From Macrostomum lignano (taxonomy: Eukaryota): a stretch of 64,000 nucleotides of DNA. The DNA is taken from contig NIVC01000226.1 of NCBI GenBank assembly GCA_002269645.1, positions 2,210-66,209 of the forward strand, written 5' to 3'. Below, in pieces: positions 36,001-46,516 of this stretch (position 1 is the stretch's first letter; every line of letters starts with the position of its first letter). Below the pieces are notes generated by a model that had not been told where the DNA came from, did not search any database, and saw only the letters and a program-made list of their open reading frames with translations. Both the position numbers and the translations under genes were made by a program.

Positions 36001-37801
36001 ATACATATCGGCAATCTTTTGCACCACTCAGCATTTAGCAATACAGTTTAGCAGCATCATCTGCAGTTAAGTAATTATCTACTTCTATAAACCTAGATAA
36101 TAACAATTAATGGGATCTTAGGATTTTACAAATCAAACCAAATTTGCTTAGTGGCTTGTGCGAGTAGCAAAAATAAATTATTGTAATTAATAAAAAAATT
36201 TTGATTGCTCAGGCAATATATAATTAATCAAGCAATTCTCAAAATAGTCGAAGCACAAGCTACTAATCAATGAATTTATTTAATTTTAATTATCCGCTGG
36301 GGAGGCAGACTCGAACCTTGGACCTTACGCCTAGCCTAAACCTAGTCCTAGTGCCTACACTGCGGCTATTCCGCCTACTGATTGGAGCGCGCAAAAATCA
36401 GCGATATATGCTTCGGCACTGCAGTCAAATACATAGCAGTGATAGGCTGCTCAGTGTGCACAGGTTGTATGCAGGCAGAGCCAATGCACAGTTGAGTGAA
36501 ATCTATAAATAGCAATTGTCTATGCAGTCCGCCAGTCAGCCAGGGTCAGAATGTACACACGCAGCCACTGAGCATTATTTTCCTCTCCCTTATTGCAGCC
36601 AGTATTGAGGCGTACGCAGTGAACAGAGAAAAGTTGTGACGCAATCTTAATTGGAATTGAAATTCAGTTAGTGAGATTTTGACCTTTTCTAGCTTTCCAT
36701 TGAAATCATTGAGAAAACTCGTTTTTCGAATATTTAACCATCTTCCCATTCGATTTTTTTCAATGCAATTACACCCACACAATCTCACAAGAATTTGCAA
36801 TTGAATAAAGCAAGTTTGAAAAAAATCGGTTCAGGCATTCAGGCTGTAGACTGAAATACCGGTCAGACAGACAGACAGACAGACAGACCTTAGAGATTTA
36901 TTAGAGATTTAGTATATTGTGAGTATATTGTGAGTATATTGTGATTCTTGACATGGTAGATTTGAGTTTTGAAATATTAGATTTGATTCTTGACATTGAC
37001 ATGGTAGATTTGAGTTTTGAAATATTAGATTTGATTCTTGACATGGTAGATTTGAGTTTTGAAATATTAGATTTGATTCTTGACATGGTAGATTTGAGTT
37101 TTGAAATATTAGATTTGATTCTTGACATGGTAGATTTGATTTTTGAAATATTAGATTTGATTCTTGACATGGTAGATTTGATTTTTGAAATATTAGATTT
37201 GATTCTTAACTTGGTAGATGTGATTTTTTAAATCGTAGATTTGCTTTTTGTAATATTAGATTTGTTTCTTAACTTGGTAGATTCGATTCTTGACATGGTA
37301 AATCTGATTCTTAAGATTGTAGGTTTGATTTTTGGAACGGTAGATTAGATTTTTTGACTCGTGGATTTGTTTTTAGTTTGGTATAATATTTGATGCTGAA
37401 AATGGAAGCTTTTATTCTTCCCTAATCTTGACTCACTTATTCACAAACCGAAGTCCCGCAAGCGGATTGGCAGGCTGCACCTGCTGGAGATCAAAGACGA
37501 AGCCGCCTCTGGTGCCACCTCCGCCGTAATGATGTACAGCCGCGACAGCGCCTTCGGCGGCGTGCTGGACCTCAGCTGGGCCGGGGATGCCACAGGAGAC
37601 TCACCGCGCCTGTGGACTGCCAACGCTGATGGCAGCCTGGCCATGTACAGCGTGGGGCTGCAGGACCTCACCGTGACCGCCTCCGTGCCGCCTCCCGCAG
37701 CTGCTGCCGGGGCTCCGCATGGGGACGGCTGTTCTGGGCACTGCATCGCCCTGTCTGTTAACTGCTTTGAGGACAGGTGTGCGGCTTTGCACTGGCGCTT
37801 A

Positions 37802-37880
<79 letters not shown>

Positions 37881-37881
37881 G

Positions 37882-37940
<59 letters not shown>

Positions 37941-37941
37941 G

Positions 37942-37980
<39 letters not shown>

Positions 37981-37989
37981 GTGTCTGTG

Positions 37990-38064
<75 letters not shown>

Positions 38065-38065
38065 G

Positions 38066-38138
<73 letters not shown>

Positions 38139-38169
38139 GTGTGTCTGTGTGTCTGTCTGTCTGTCTGTG

Positions 38170-38258
<89 letters not shown>

Positions 38259-38281
38259 GTCTGTCTGTCTGTCTGTCTGTG

Positions 38282-38336
<55 letters not shown>

Positions 38337-38337
38337 G

Positions 38338-38368
<31 letters not shown>

Positions 38369-38421
38369 GTCTGTCTGTCTGTCTGTCTGTGTGTCTGTCT
38401 CTGTCTGTCTATCTATCTACC

Positions 38422-38480
<59 letters not shown>

Positions 38481-38492
38481 CTATCTATCCAT

Positions 38493-38549
<57 letters not shown>

Positions 38550-38573
38550 CATCTACATGTCTATCTATCTATC

Positions 38574-38604
<31 letters not shown>

Positions 38605-38616
38605 CTATCTATCCAT

Positions 38617-38657
<41 letters not shown>

Positions 38658-38693
38658 CATCTATCTATCCATCTACATGTCTATCTATCTATC

Positions 38694-38724
<31 letters not shown>

Positions 38725-38736
38725 CTATCTATCCAT

Positions 38737-38802
<66 letters not shown>

Positions 38803-38803
38803 G

Positions 38804-38877
<74 letters not shown>

Positions 38878-41800
38878 CCCAGAGTGGCAGCCAGCTACTC
38901 AACGGGTCACTGCGCACTCCTAGAACATCCCGAGCATCAGGAGGCATCCGCAACCAGCAGCTCCTGGCTCGCCCACGACCTGGAGGCCTGGGTCTGCCAG
39001 CCCAGCCGCTGGTCCAGCCAGGCGGCTCTGAGCGGCGGCGACGACTGCCAGCTGAAGCTGTGGGACCGGCGTTCGGCGGGCGCCTGCAGTCGCAGCCTCA
39101 GGTGGGGTGCCTGCTTCTGTGTGTCGTTGAATGCCTGTCCATTTATGCTATGAAAAACTCGCTCACGATGAATGTTGCTATGAAAAAAATCCACGCAGAC
39201 ACGACGCTGGTGTGACCATGATAGTGGAGCATCCAACCGTGCCTTATCTATTCCTGTCTGGCAGGTAAAACGGTTTGTCTTCTCTTCTGCAGGCTTTTGT
39301 TTTGACTTTTTTTTAATCTTATTTTCTCCATCCGTCAGCCGATTCTCTAAACTGAAAATCTCATCCCATATCCAGTCTTACCAGCTCAATCATAGTCGCA
39401 ATTCACCTCCATGTAAATAGTAACACCTGTCTCAGTCTCAGTCTCCGTGCTTCAGTCTCTAGTCTCACCCTCCCCAATCTCTAGTCTCACCCTCCCCAAT
39501 CTTTAGTCTCACCCTCCCCAATCTCTAGTCTCACCCTCCCCAATCTTTAGTCTCACCCTCCCCAATCTCTAGTCTCACCCTCCCCAATCTTTAGTCTCAC
39601 CCTCCCCAATCTCTAGTCTCACCCTCCGTAATCTCTAGTCTCAGCCTCAATCAATATCTAGTCTCACCCTGCCTCAATATGTAGTCTCATTTTCTTTCAA
39701 TATTAGTCTCACCTTCCTTCAATATCTAGTCTCACCCTCCATCAATCTCTAATCTCACTCTCCATCAATCTCTAGTCTCACCCTCCCTTAATGTCTAGTC
39801 TCACCCTCAATCTCTAGTGTCACCCTCCCTCAATCTCTACTCTCACCACCCCTCAATCTCTAGTGTCACCCTCCCTCAATCTCTAGTCTCACCCTCCCTC
39901 AATCTCTACTCTCACCCTCCCTCAATCTCTACTCTCACCCTCCCTCAATCTCTAGTCTCACCCTCCCTCAATCTCTACTCTCACCCTCCCTCAATCTCTA
40001 GTCTCACCCTCCCTCAATCTCTACTCTCACCCTCCCTCAATTTTAGTCTCACCCTCCCTCAATCTCTACTATCACCACCCCTCAATCTCTAGTGTCACCC
40101 TCCCTCAATCTCTACTCTCACCCTCCCTCAATCTCTAGTCTCACCCTCCCTCAATCTCTAATCTCACCCTCCCTCAATCTCTACTCTCACCCTCCCTCAA
40201 TCTCTACTCTCACCCTCCCCAATCTTTAGTCTCACCCTCCCCAATCTCTAGTCTCACCCTCCCCAATCTTTAGTCTCACCCTCCCCAATCTCTAGTCTCA
40301 CCCTCCGTAATCTCTAGTCTCAGCCTCAATCAATATCTAGTCTCACCCTGCCTCAATATGTAGTCTCATTTTCTTTCAATATTAGTCTCACCTTCCTTCA
40401 ATATCTAGTCTCACCCTCCATCAATCTCTAATCTCACTCTCCATCAATCTCTAGTCTCACCCTCCCTTAATGTCTAGTCTCACCCTCAATCTCTAGTGTC
40501 ACCCTCCCTCAATCTCTACTCTCACCACCCCTCAATCTCTAGTGTCACCCTCCCTCAATCTCTAGTCTCACCCTCCCTCAATCTCTACTCTCACCCTCCC
40601 TCAATCTCTACTCTCACCCTCCCTCAATCTCTAGTCTCACCCTCCCTCAATCTCTACTCTCACCCTCCCTCAATCTCTAGTCTCACCCTCCCTCAATCTC
40701 TACTCTCACCCTCCCTCAATTTTAGTCTCACCCTCCCTCAATCTCTACTATCACCACCCCTCAATCTCTAGTGTCACCCTCCCTCAATCTCTACTCTCAC
40801 CCTCCCTCAATCTCTAGTCTCACCCTCCCTCAATCTCTAATCTCACCCTCCCTCAATCTCTAGTCTCACCCTCCCTTCAATCTCTACTCTCCCCCTCCCT
40901 CAATCTCTAGTCTCACCCTCCCTCAATCTCTAGTCTCACCCTCAATCTCTAGTGTCACCCTCCCTCAATCTCTACTCTCACCACCCCTCAATCTCTAGTG
41001 TCACCCTCCCTCAATCTCTAGTCTCACCCTCCCTCAATCTCTACTCTCACCCTCCCTCAATTTCTACTCTCACCCTCCCTCAATCTCTACTCTCACCCTC
41101 CCTCAATCTCTACTCTCACCCTCCCTCAATCTCTACTCTCACCCTCCCTCAATCTCTACTCTCACCCTCCCTCAATCTCTAGTCTCACCCTCCCTCAATC
41201 TCTACTATCACCACCCCTCAATCTCTAGTCTCACCCTCCCTCTGGTCTTACCCTCCCTCAATTTCTAGTCTTATCGTATTTCGATATCTAGTCTCACCTT
41301 CAATCTCTAATCTATCCGTCCTATTGTGATCGCCCAGCTACGATGAGTCAGTCCGCGTGTGGGACACCCGAGCCCTCGGCCGTCCAGTTCATTCGCTGAG
41401 CGTTGGCGGCGGCGTCTGGCGTTTGAAATGGTCGGCCTGCTGCCAGAGGCTGCTGTGCGCGGCCATGTACAACGGGTTCAAAGTACTGGCCTTCTCGTCG
41501 GGTGAGTGCAGGGCTCTCTTCATCGCAGCGTGAGAACAGACTGGGCTGAGACTCTCGTTCCTAAGATCTTTTTAGGTTTGAGATTCTCGCTTGATTCTCA
41601 CTACTCGTATTAACAAGTAGTGAGGTTCTCGTTCCGATTGGTCTAGATTGAGCCCGTGACAATTTCACTGCCAACAGTTAAAGTTTGGGTTAAGAATTAC
41701 AGTGTATGGTTTAGCTTAGGATTTAAAGGGTAGGTTAGAGTTGAAGTTAGGGTTTATCTAAGGGTATATATTATGGTTTAGGTTAGGGTTCAGGAATTAG

Positions 41801-43267
41801 GTTTAGGTTAGGGTTCAGGAATTAGTTTTAGGTTAGGGTTCAGGAATTAGGTTTAGGTTAGGGTTCAGGAATTAGGTTTAGGTTAGGGTTGAGGAATTAG
41901 GTTTAGGTTAGGGGCGCCAGCACCAAGGGGCGCCAGCACCGAGGGGCGCCAGGGGCGCCAGCACCAAGGGGCGCCAGCACCGAGGGGCGCCAGGGGCGCC
42001 AGCACCAAGGGGCGCCAGCACCGAGGGGCGCCAGGGGCGCCAGGGGCGCCAGCACCAAGGGGCGCCAGCACCAAGGGTCGCCAGCACCAAGGGGCGCCCA
42101 GCACCAAGGGGCGCCCAGCACCAAGGGGCGCCCAGCACCAAGGGGCGCCAGCACCAAGGGGCGCCAGCACCAAGGGGCTTTAGCACCAAGGGGCTTTAGC
42201 ACCAAGGGGCTTTAGCACCAAGGGGCGCCAGCACCAAGGGGCGCCAGCACCAAGGGGCGCCAGCACCAAGGGGCTTTAGCACCAAGGGGCGCCAGCACCA
42301 AGGGGCGCCAGCACCAAGGGGCGCCAGCACCAAGGGGCGCCAGCACCAAGAGGCGCCAGCACCAAGGGGCGCCAGCACCAAGGGGCGCCAGCACCAAGGG
42401 GCGCCAGCACTAAGGGGCGCAAGCACCAAGGGGCGCCAGCACCAAGAGGCGCCAGCACCAAGGGGCGCCAGCACCAAGGGGCGCCCAGCACCAAGGGGCG
42501 CCAGCACCAAGGGGCGCCAGCACCAAGGGGCTTTAGCACCAAGGGGCGCCAGCACCAAGGGGCGCCAGCACCAAGGGGCGCCAGCACCAAGGGGCGCCAG
42601 CACCAAGGGGCGCCAGCACCAAGGGGCGCCAGCACCAAGGGGCGCCAGCACCAAGAGGCGCCAGCACCAAGGGGCTTTAGCACCAAGGGGCGCCAGCACC
42701 AAGGGGCGCCAGCACCAAGGGGCGCCAGCACCAAGAGGCGCCAGCACCAAGGGGCGCCAGCACCAAGGGGCGCCAGCACCAAGGGGCGCCAGTACCTTCG
42801 GTGAAACTTAGCCAACTATAAAGAAAAAGTGCGTAGCGGAAGGCAAAAGAACAACAAAGATGTTAACGATATTCGAACAAGCTGCAAGATTTATTTTATT
42901 TTATAAATAACATTTGATTATATAAAACACAATAGCTGCAGTCTGTTTATCGCATGCACTGGCAGTACGCTCGTACATAAGCAAAGGAACTGCAGTGGAA
43001 TTCTCTTCTTTCTAAGAATTTTAATTGATGAGAATTTCTTGCTTCAATTATTTTAAGGGTTTGATGCAAATTGTTGATTGATTTACGATCCTCATATTTT
43101 CCTATTTAGCAACTGGACTGCAGCTTCTCGAAGAGTTCAACAGTCCACACAGCAGCATAGCCTACGGCGCTGACTGGGTCGGCAGCTTCTCCGAGTCTGA
43201 CAGGCAGCTTGTGGCCACCTGCTCATTCTATGATCACCTGCTGTGCCTGTGGAGTCACAGCTTTTAA
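26944..43267 (+). CDS. DPH7: Diphthine methylesterase DPH7/WDR85 (WD40); join(26944..27063,37454..37776,38883..39101,39199..39264,41338..41501,43110..43267); no genomic ATG
   Basis: Motifs [113 protein letters not shown]. Introns are GT-AG and phase-consistent, totalling 1050 nt. The exon 2 acceptor could be 37453 or 37462. Confidence 0.93.
27090..28365 (+). repeat. 21-nt minisatellite (GATTTGATACTGATAGTGGTA) in DPH7 intron 1; related 21/42-nt units resume at 36940-37370
   Basis: About 55 near-identical units. GATTTGATT...GGTA units continue on the far side of the Helitron pair. Confidence 0.95.
28515..29045 (-). repeat. 18-nt minisatellite inside Helitron A copy 2
   Basis: CCCCCAGATAGCAAGCAT tandem units on the plus strand. 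Confidence 0.95.
29140..33730 (-). repeat. 21-nt minisatellite array inside Helitron A copy 2
   Basis: GACATGGTGGCTCTTTAATGTT(T/C) units, with recurring higher-order blocks. Confidence 0.95.
34341..36907 (-). mobile_element. Non-autonomous Helitron, family B (2.6 kb), head-to-tail with A copy 2
   Basis: Minus strand: 5' A|TCTCTAATAAATCTCTAAGGTCTGTCTGTC at 36907, 3' imperfect hairpin AGCCACCC-GGA-GGGGGGCT then CTAG at 34341. Shares the subterminal motifs AACCGATTTT..TCAAACTTG and TAAATATTCGAAAAAC with family A. Confidence 0.8.
34590..35270. repeat. 17-nt (CCCAGATTAGCACTCAG) and related units inside Helitron B
   Basis: Tandem units visible directly. Confidence 0.9.
37454..37776 (+). CDS. DPH7: DPH7 exon 2
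   Basis: [13 protein letters not shown]...GVLDLSW...[10 protein letters not shown], donor GTGTGC at 37777. Confidence 0.88.
37803..38876 (+). repeat. Compound microsatellite (TCTG)n followed by (TCTA)n filling DPH7 intron 2
   Basis: Direct observation; the switch occurs near 38410. Confidence 0.98.
38883..39101 (+). CDS. DPH7: DPH7 exon 3
   Basis: VAASYSTG...WLAHDLEAW...[14 protein letters not shown], donor GTGGGG at 39102. Confidence 0.92.
39199..39264 (+). CDS. DPH7: DPH7 exon 4
   Basis: [21 protein letters not shown](S); acceptor CGCAG, donor GTAAAA. Confidence 0.88.
39465..41265 (+). repeat. 23-nt minisatellite (TCTAGTCTCACCCTCCCTCAATC) in DPH7 intron 4, with a 679-bp higher-order duplication
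   Basis: Identical translated tracks at 39817 and 40496 (offset 679). Confidence 0.93.
41338..41501 (+). CDS. DPH7: DPH7 exon 5
   Basis: [11 protein letters not shown]...GGGVWRLKW...[10 protein letters not shown], donor GTGAGT at 41502. Confidence 0.92.
41770..41910 (+). repeat. 25-nt repeat built from telomere-like variants (GGTTTA GGTTA GGGTTCA GGAATTA)
   Basis: CAGGAATTAG recurs with period 25; each unit contains TTAGGG. Confidence 0.85.
41911..42792 (+). repeat. 16-nt GC-rich minisatellite (CACCAAGGGGCGCCAG) in DPH7 intron 5
   Basis: About 55 units; the 16-aa periodic ORFs equal three units. Confidence 0.97.
43110..43267 (+). CDS. DPH7: DPH7 terminal exon
   Basis: SIAYGADW...[17 protein letters not shown] at 43265-43267, AATAAA at about 43316. 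Confidence 0.92.
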
Positions 43268-43537
43268 TCTGTGACATTGTCTTCTTATTGTTGATTTAAT
43301 AAGTTTGAAATATACAATAAACTGCATTGTTCTATCTGGCTAATAATCTATTAATAAATATGGAATTTACTTTTCTTGGTATTTTGGTATTTAAGGAATT
43401 GCGTGGTATTAAAAGGAGTATTTAGAGAAAATAACTTTTACTACCACTGAATAAGACATGGTTAGAAAGGTGCTAAATGTTTTTATTGTTCTTTTAGATT
43501 CTTGTCAATTATTTTGTCAGCAATTGGAATTCAGTTT

Positions 43538-45711
43538 TTAGTGCTTATTTCCCGACCTCTCAAAGTACATGAAGTCCTGAAATTGAAACGGGGGTTGACC
43601 ATAGTGTGTGCGGGAGTTTTTTTAATTCAAATGAAAATATTAGACGCAACATCCGCATGAATGCGCCCACCACTCCACTGCATCCACCACCTCACCGCAC
43701 CCACCACCCCACTGCACCCACCACCCCACTGCACCCACCACCCCACTGCACCCACCACCCACTGCGCCCGCCACTAACTGCACCCACCACCTCAACACAC
43801 CCAGAATTTTTGCGCAAATTTATCCACAAAAGATAAAATCTACTCACGATGAGAAAGCAGGCTCCGAGAATTGTGGCCTTGATGTCAACATGCAGGTCCA
43901 TAGGGAACGTAATACCAAAGTTGTCGGCATCCGTGAAGTACTCCTGCAGTAGGTTCGACCACTGCCTAGAGACCTTGCCGATCTCGTTATTGCCGTCCGT
44001 AGTCATTAGCTGTGTAGTTAAATAGTGCAAAAGTAGAAATGTACTTTTGTCAATGTATACTTTCGTCACGTTAGTCAAGGTGGTGTCAATCAGGTTGGGT
44101 AAATTTCTAAGAATACATCCTGTTCCAGCTCAGCCGAAAGTACTGAACTTTTCGCATTTTTAATCGGTCGCGATTGTTTATCAGCGATACTCGTTCATGT
44201 ACGCATTACAGAAAAGAAAGTCACTAACCGCGAACGGTATGTCATCGCCAGGGCAGTGGCATGCGCAGTAGCTGGGCCCTCGGATCAGCAGCACCGTGTT
44301 GCCCTGGGCATCCTGGATCGTGTAGTTCGCGCTGCACCCTTCGTACACCTGCGTGACCGTACCAACCATTCTGCCTGGCGGTGCCTCGACGGTGACTTTG
44401 TCCAGGCAGCATTTTGCGCAGGAGAAGCACTGGCCGTAGCACATGCACTTGTAGGGCCGGCTGATGTGGATCACCTCCTGGCCTGTGTTGTCAGTCACCA
44501 GCATCTCGAACGGGCGCTGGGCGCCGAGGCACTGACGATCGCAGGTGCTGGAATCTGGAGGGAGGGTGAGGCTTGAACTGACGATTGATGCTTGATAATT
44601 CTTTTGTGTGTGTGAAGTTGGAGATTCTTTCAGCACCTCATTGACACTTTTGTTCAATTCCGGAATTGCAGAATGCGCGCCGTGTAGCTACGTCAAAGTA
44701 CAAGTAAGAACGTGTAACTTCAGTCAGTGCAAATGATATGTCGACTTATCTGATATGGCAGCACTCCCGCGGTCAAACCCACTAGCTTCAATTGATAATT
44801 TTTGGGACATGAAGTTTGGACTGGGAGGTTTGTCGTGTGACTATTGGCTGACTGACTATTAGATATTTACATGTAACTGACTGATGGCTTGCATATCTAG
44901 TTATCTGTATAAACTCACCCTCTTTGGCAAAGAACACCTGCTGACCGACATTGTTGAGCACGATATATTTGTTGGCGGTCTCCCAGCCGATAAGAACTTT
45001 CGTTGAAATTGCAATTTGATGATATTAAGTTTTAACGACATATAGTTTCACTTATATAATATTAACAGGATGATTTAGTATAAAAATAATAATAACTATT
45101 ATTGATTACACCTGCCCTAATTGGGCCAAATGTGCAACTGACAGCTCAGCCGCAGCTATTGCGTGGCGCATTTGAAGGCTGCGTACGGCTGTTCAGTCCA
45201 AGGACTGGGGGGTCGCCACACACACCCTCAATTACCCCAGCTAATGCTGGCACCCATTTTACAGCTGGGTGAACTGAAGCAGTGCAGAGTTAAGTGCTTT
45301 ACTCAGGGACACAAATTGTTCCAGTGGGATCGGGAATCGAACTCCCAACTTTTAAGTCGTGAGTCCGACGCTCTGACTACTAGGCTGCAACCCCTCTAGT
45401 ATCTGGCATTCGCTAAATGCTTTTTGTAGTCTGTGATAGAAGATCTAAAATATTTTTTTTGCTTTTTTACCAAGTGTTCACATTAATAGCGGCTGGGTTC
45501 ACACCTGTTGCCAATTATCGCATATCAACTCACTTTCGATCATTTCCTTCTGTTGCTTGATTAGAATCTGATCGAGAGAGGCCAAGTACTGCAGTGCAGG
45601 TGGCATCTGCAATGCCTGCTGCTGCACCTGCTGCTGCTGCTGCTGCTGCTGCTGCACCTGCTGCTGCTGAGCATTGTAGGCATAGGCATCCGGCGTAGTT
45701 TGCTGCTGCAT
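43538..45711 (-). CDS. PLSCR: Phospholipid scramblase family protein; complement(join(43538..43576,43848..44009,44229..44554,44919..44996,45534..45711)), 260 aa
   Basis: [103 protein letters not shown] are classic scramblase motifs. Four GT-AG introns are phase-consistent (783 nt). Poly-Q N-terminus. The specific paralogue cannot be assigned. Confidence 0.95.
43660..43800 (+). repeat. 17-nt repeat (CACCACCCCACTGCACC) in the last PLSCR intron
   Basis: About 6 degenerate units. Confidence 0.8.
45085..45395 (-). mobile_element. tRNA-derived SINE with CORE (MIR-like) domain in PLSCR intron 1
   Basis: Minus strand: A-box-like GCAGCCTAGTAGTCAGAGC, B-box GAGTTCGATTCCC, then TGTGTCCCTGAGTAAAGCACTTAAC...CTGTAAAATGGG resembling the CORE consensus, and an (ATT)n-like tail. 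Confidence 0.75.
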
Positions 45712-46424
45712 AATTCTGTTGCTTGAATTTCAACTTTCGTCTAACTATAATTTCTTGCAAACGAAAATTCTTTGAGGGCGTTGCTTATGCTTGGCTTTCT
45801 CTTTCTGCACTATATAGAGAATGAAGAAAAGATGGAGAGAGAAACAGCACCTCTCAACTTCTGACGTGGCTCCACCTCAAACCAAGACACGAAAACAGCA
45901 ATGTACATCCAATTGGCACGGGTGCATTTCGGTCCAAATTCGGAGCAAGAAAGAAACCCAATTCAAACAGAATGTCTCATGCGCTCGCAGCTTATAGTAT
46001 GGGTTAGTCTTTGCGCTTTCGAGTAAACTCTTTGCTGTGTATGCAAGCTTGTCTTTAAGAGCAGTTATAACCAGAACAGATTTCGGTCGGTCAGGACCCA
46101 TGGCCTGTAGCTAGATGTTTCTGTTTTTAGAGAACAATTTGTCTCTTCTGAATTAGCCAACTAAAATGTACGCACAGTAGCCACAAGTGACAGGCAGTTT
46201 TTCTTTTGTCAGTTTTAGCCAAGTATATATTCTCGCTGCTGAGTAAACCTACCCAGGCCTTGTGCTAGCTAAACAATTTTGATGGAGTAACCATGAAAGT
46301 TTCTACTTTTCGTCACAAGAATTGCGCTCCAAAGCTAGACGAATTACAGAGAAGCTCAACTTTCTGCCACCTCTTTAAGTTGGCATCAACCTGACCAATA
46401 GGAGATAGCTTTAGTGACGCCCAC

Positions 46425-46516
46425 CAAAAGACAGGGCCGCCCACCGAGAGACCGGGGCCTCTCAACAAGAGACGGGGGCGCCCACTAAAAGACAGGGGCG
46501 CCCACCAAGAGACCGG
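46425..46516 (+). repeat. 20-nt repeat (AAGAGACAGGGGCGCCCACC), left part; continues at 49042-49165; degenerate copy at 62448-62520
   Basis: Same unit on both sides of the Ginger insertion. Confidence 0.9.

Noticed and set aside
41770-41910. True telomere or chromosome-fusion site
   Set aside because: Short, degenerate, intronic, and with no inverted TTAGGG/CCCTAA junction.
45330-45395. Functional tRNA gene
   Set aside because: It continues into a CORE-like SINE body and tail, and I could not form a complete cloverleaf.
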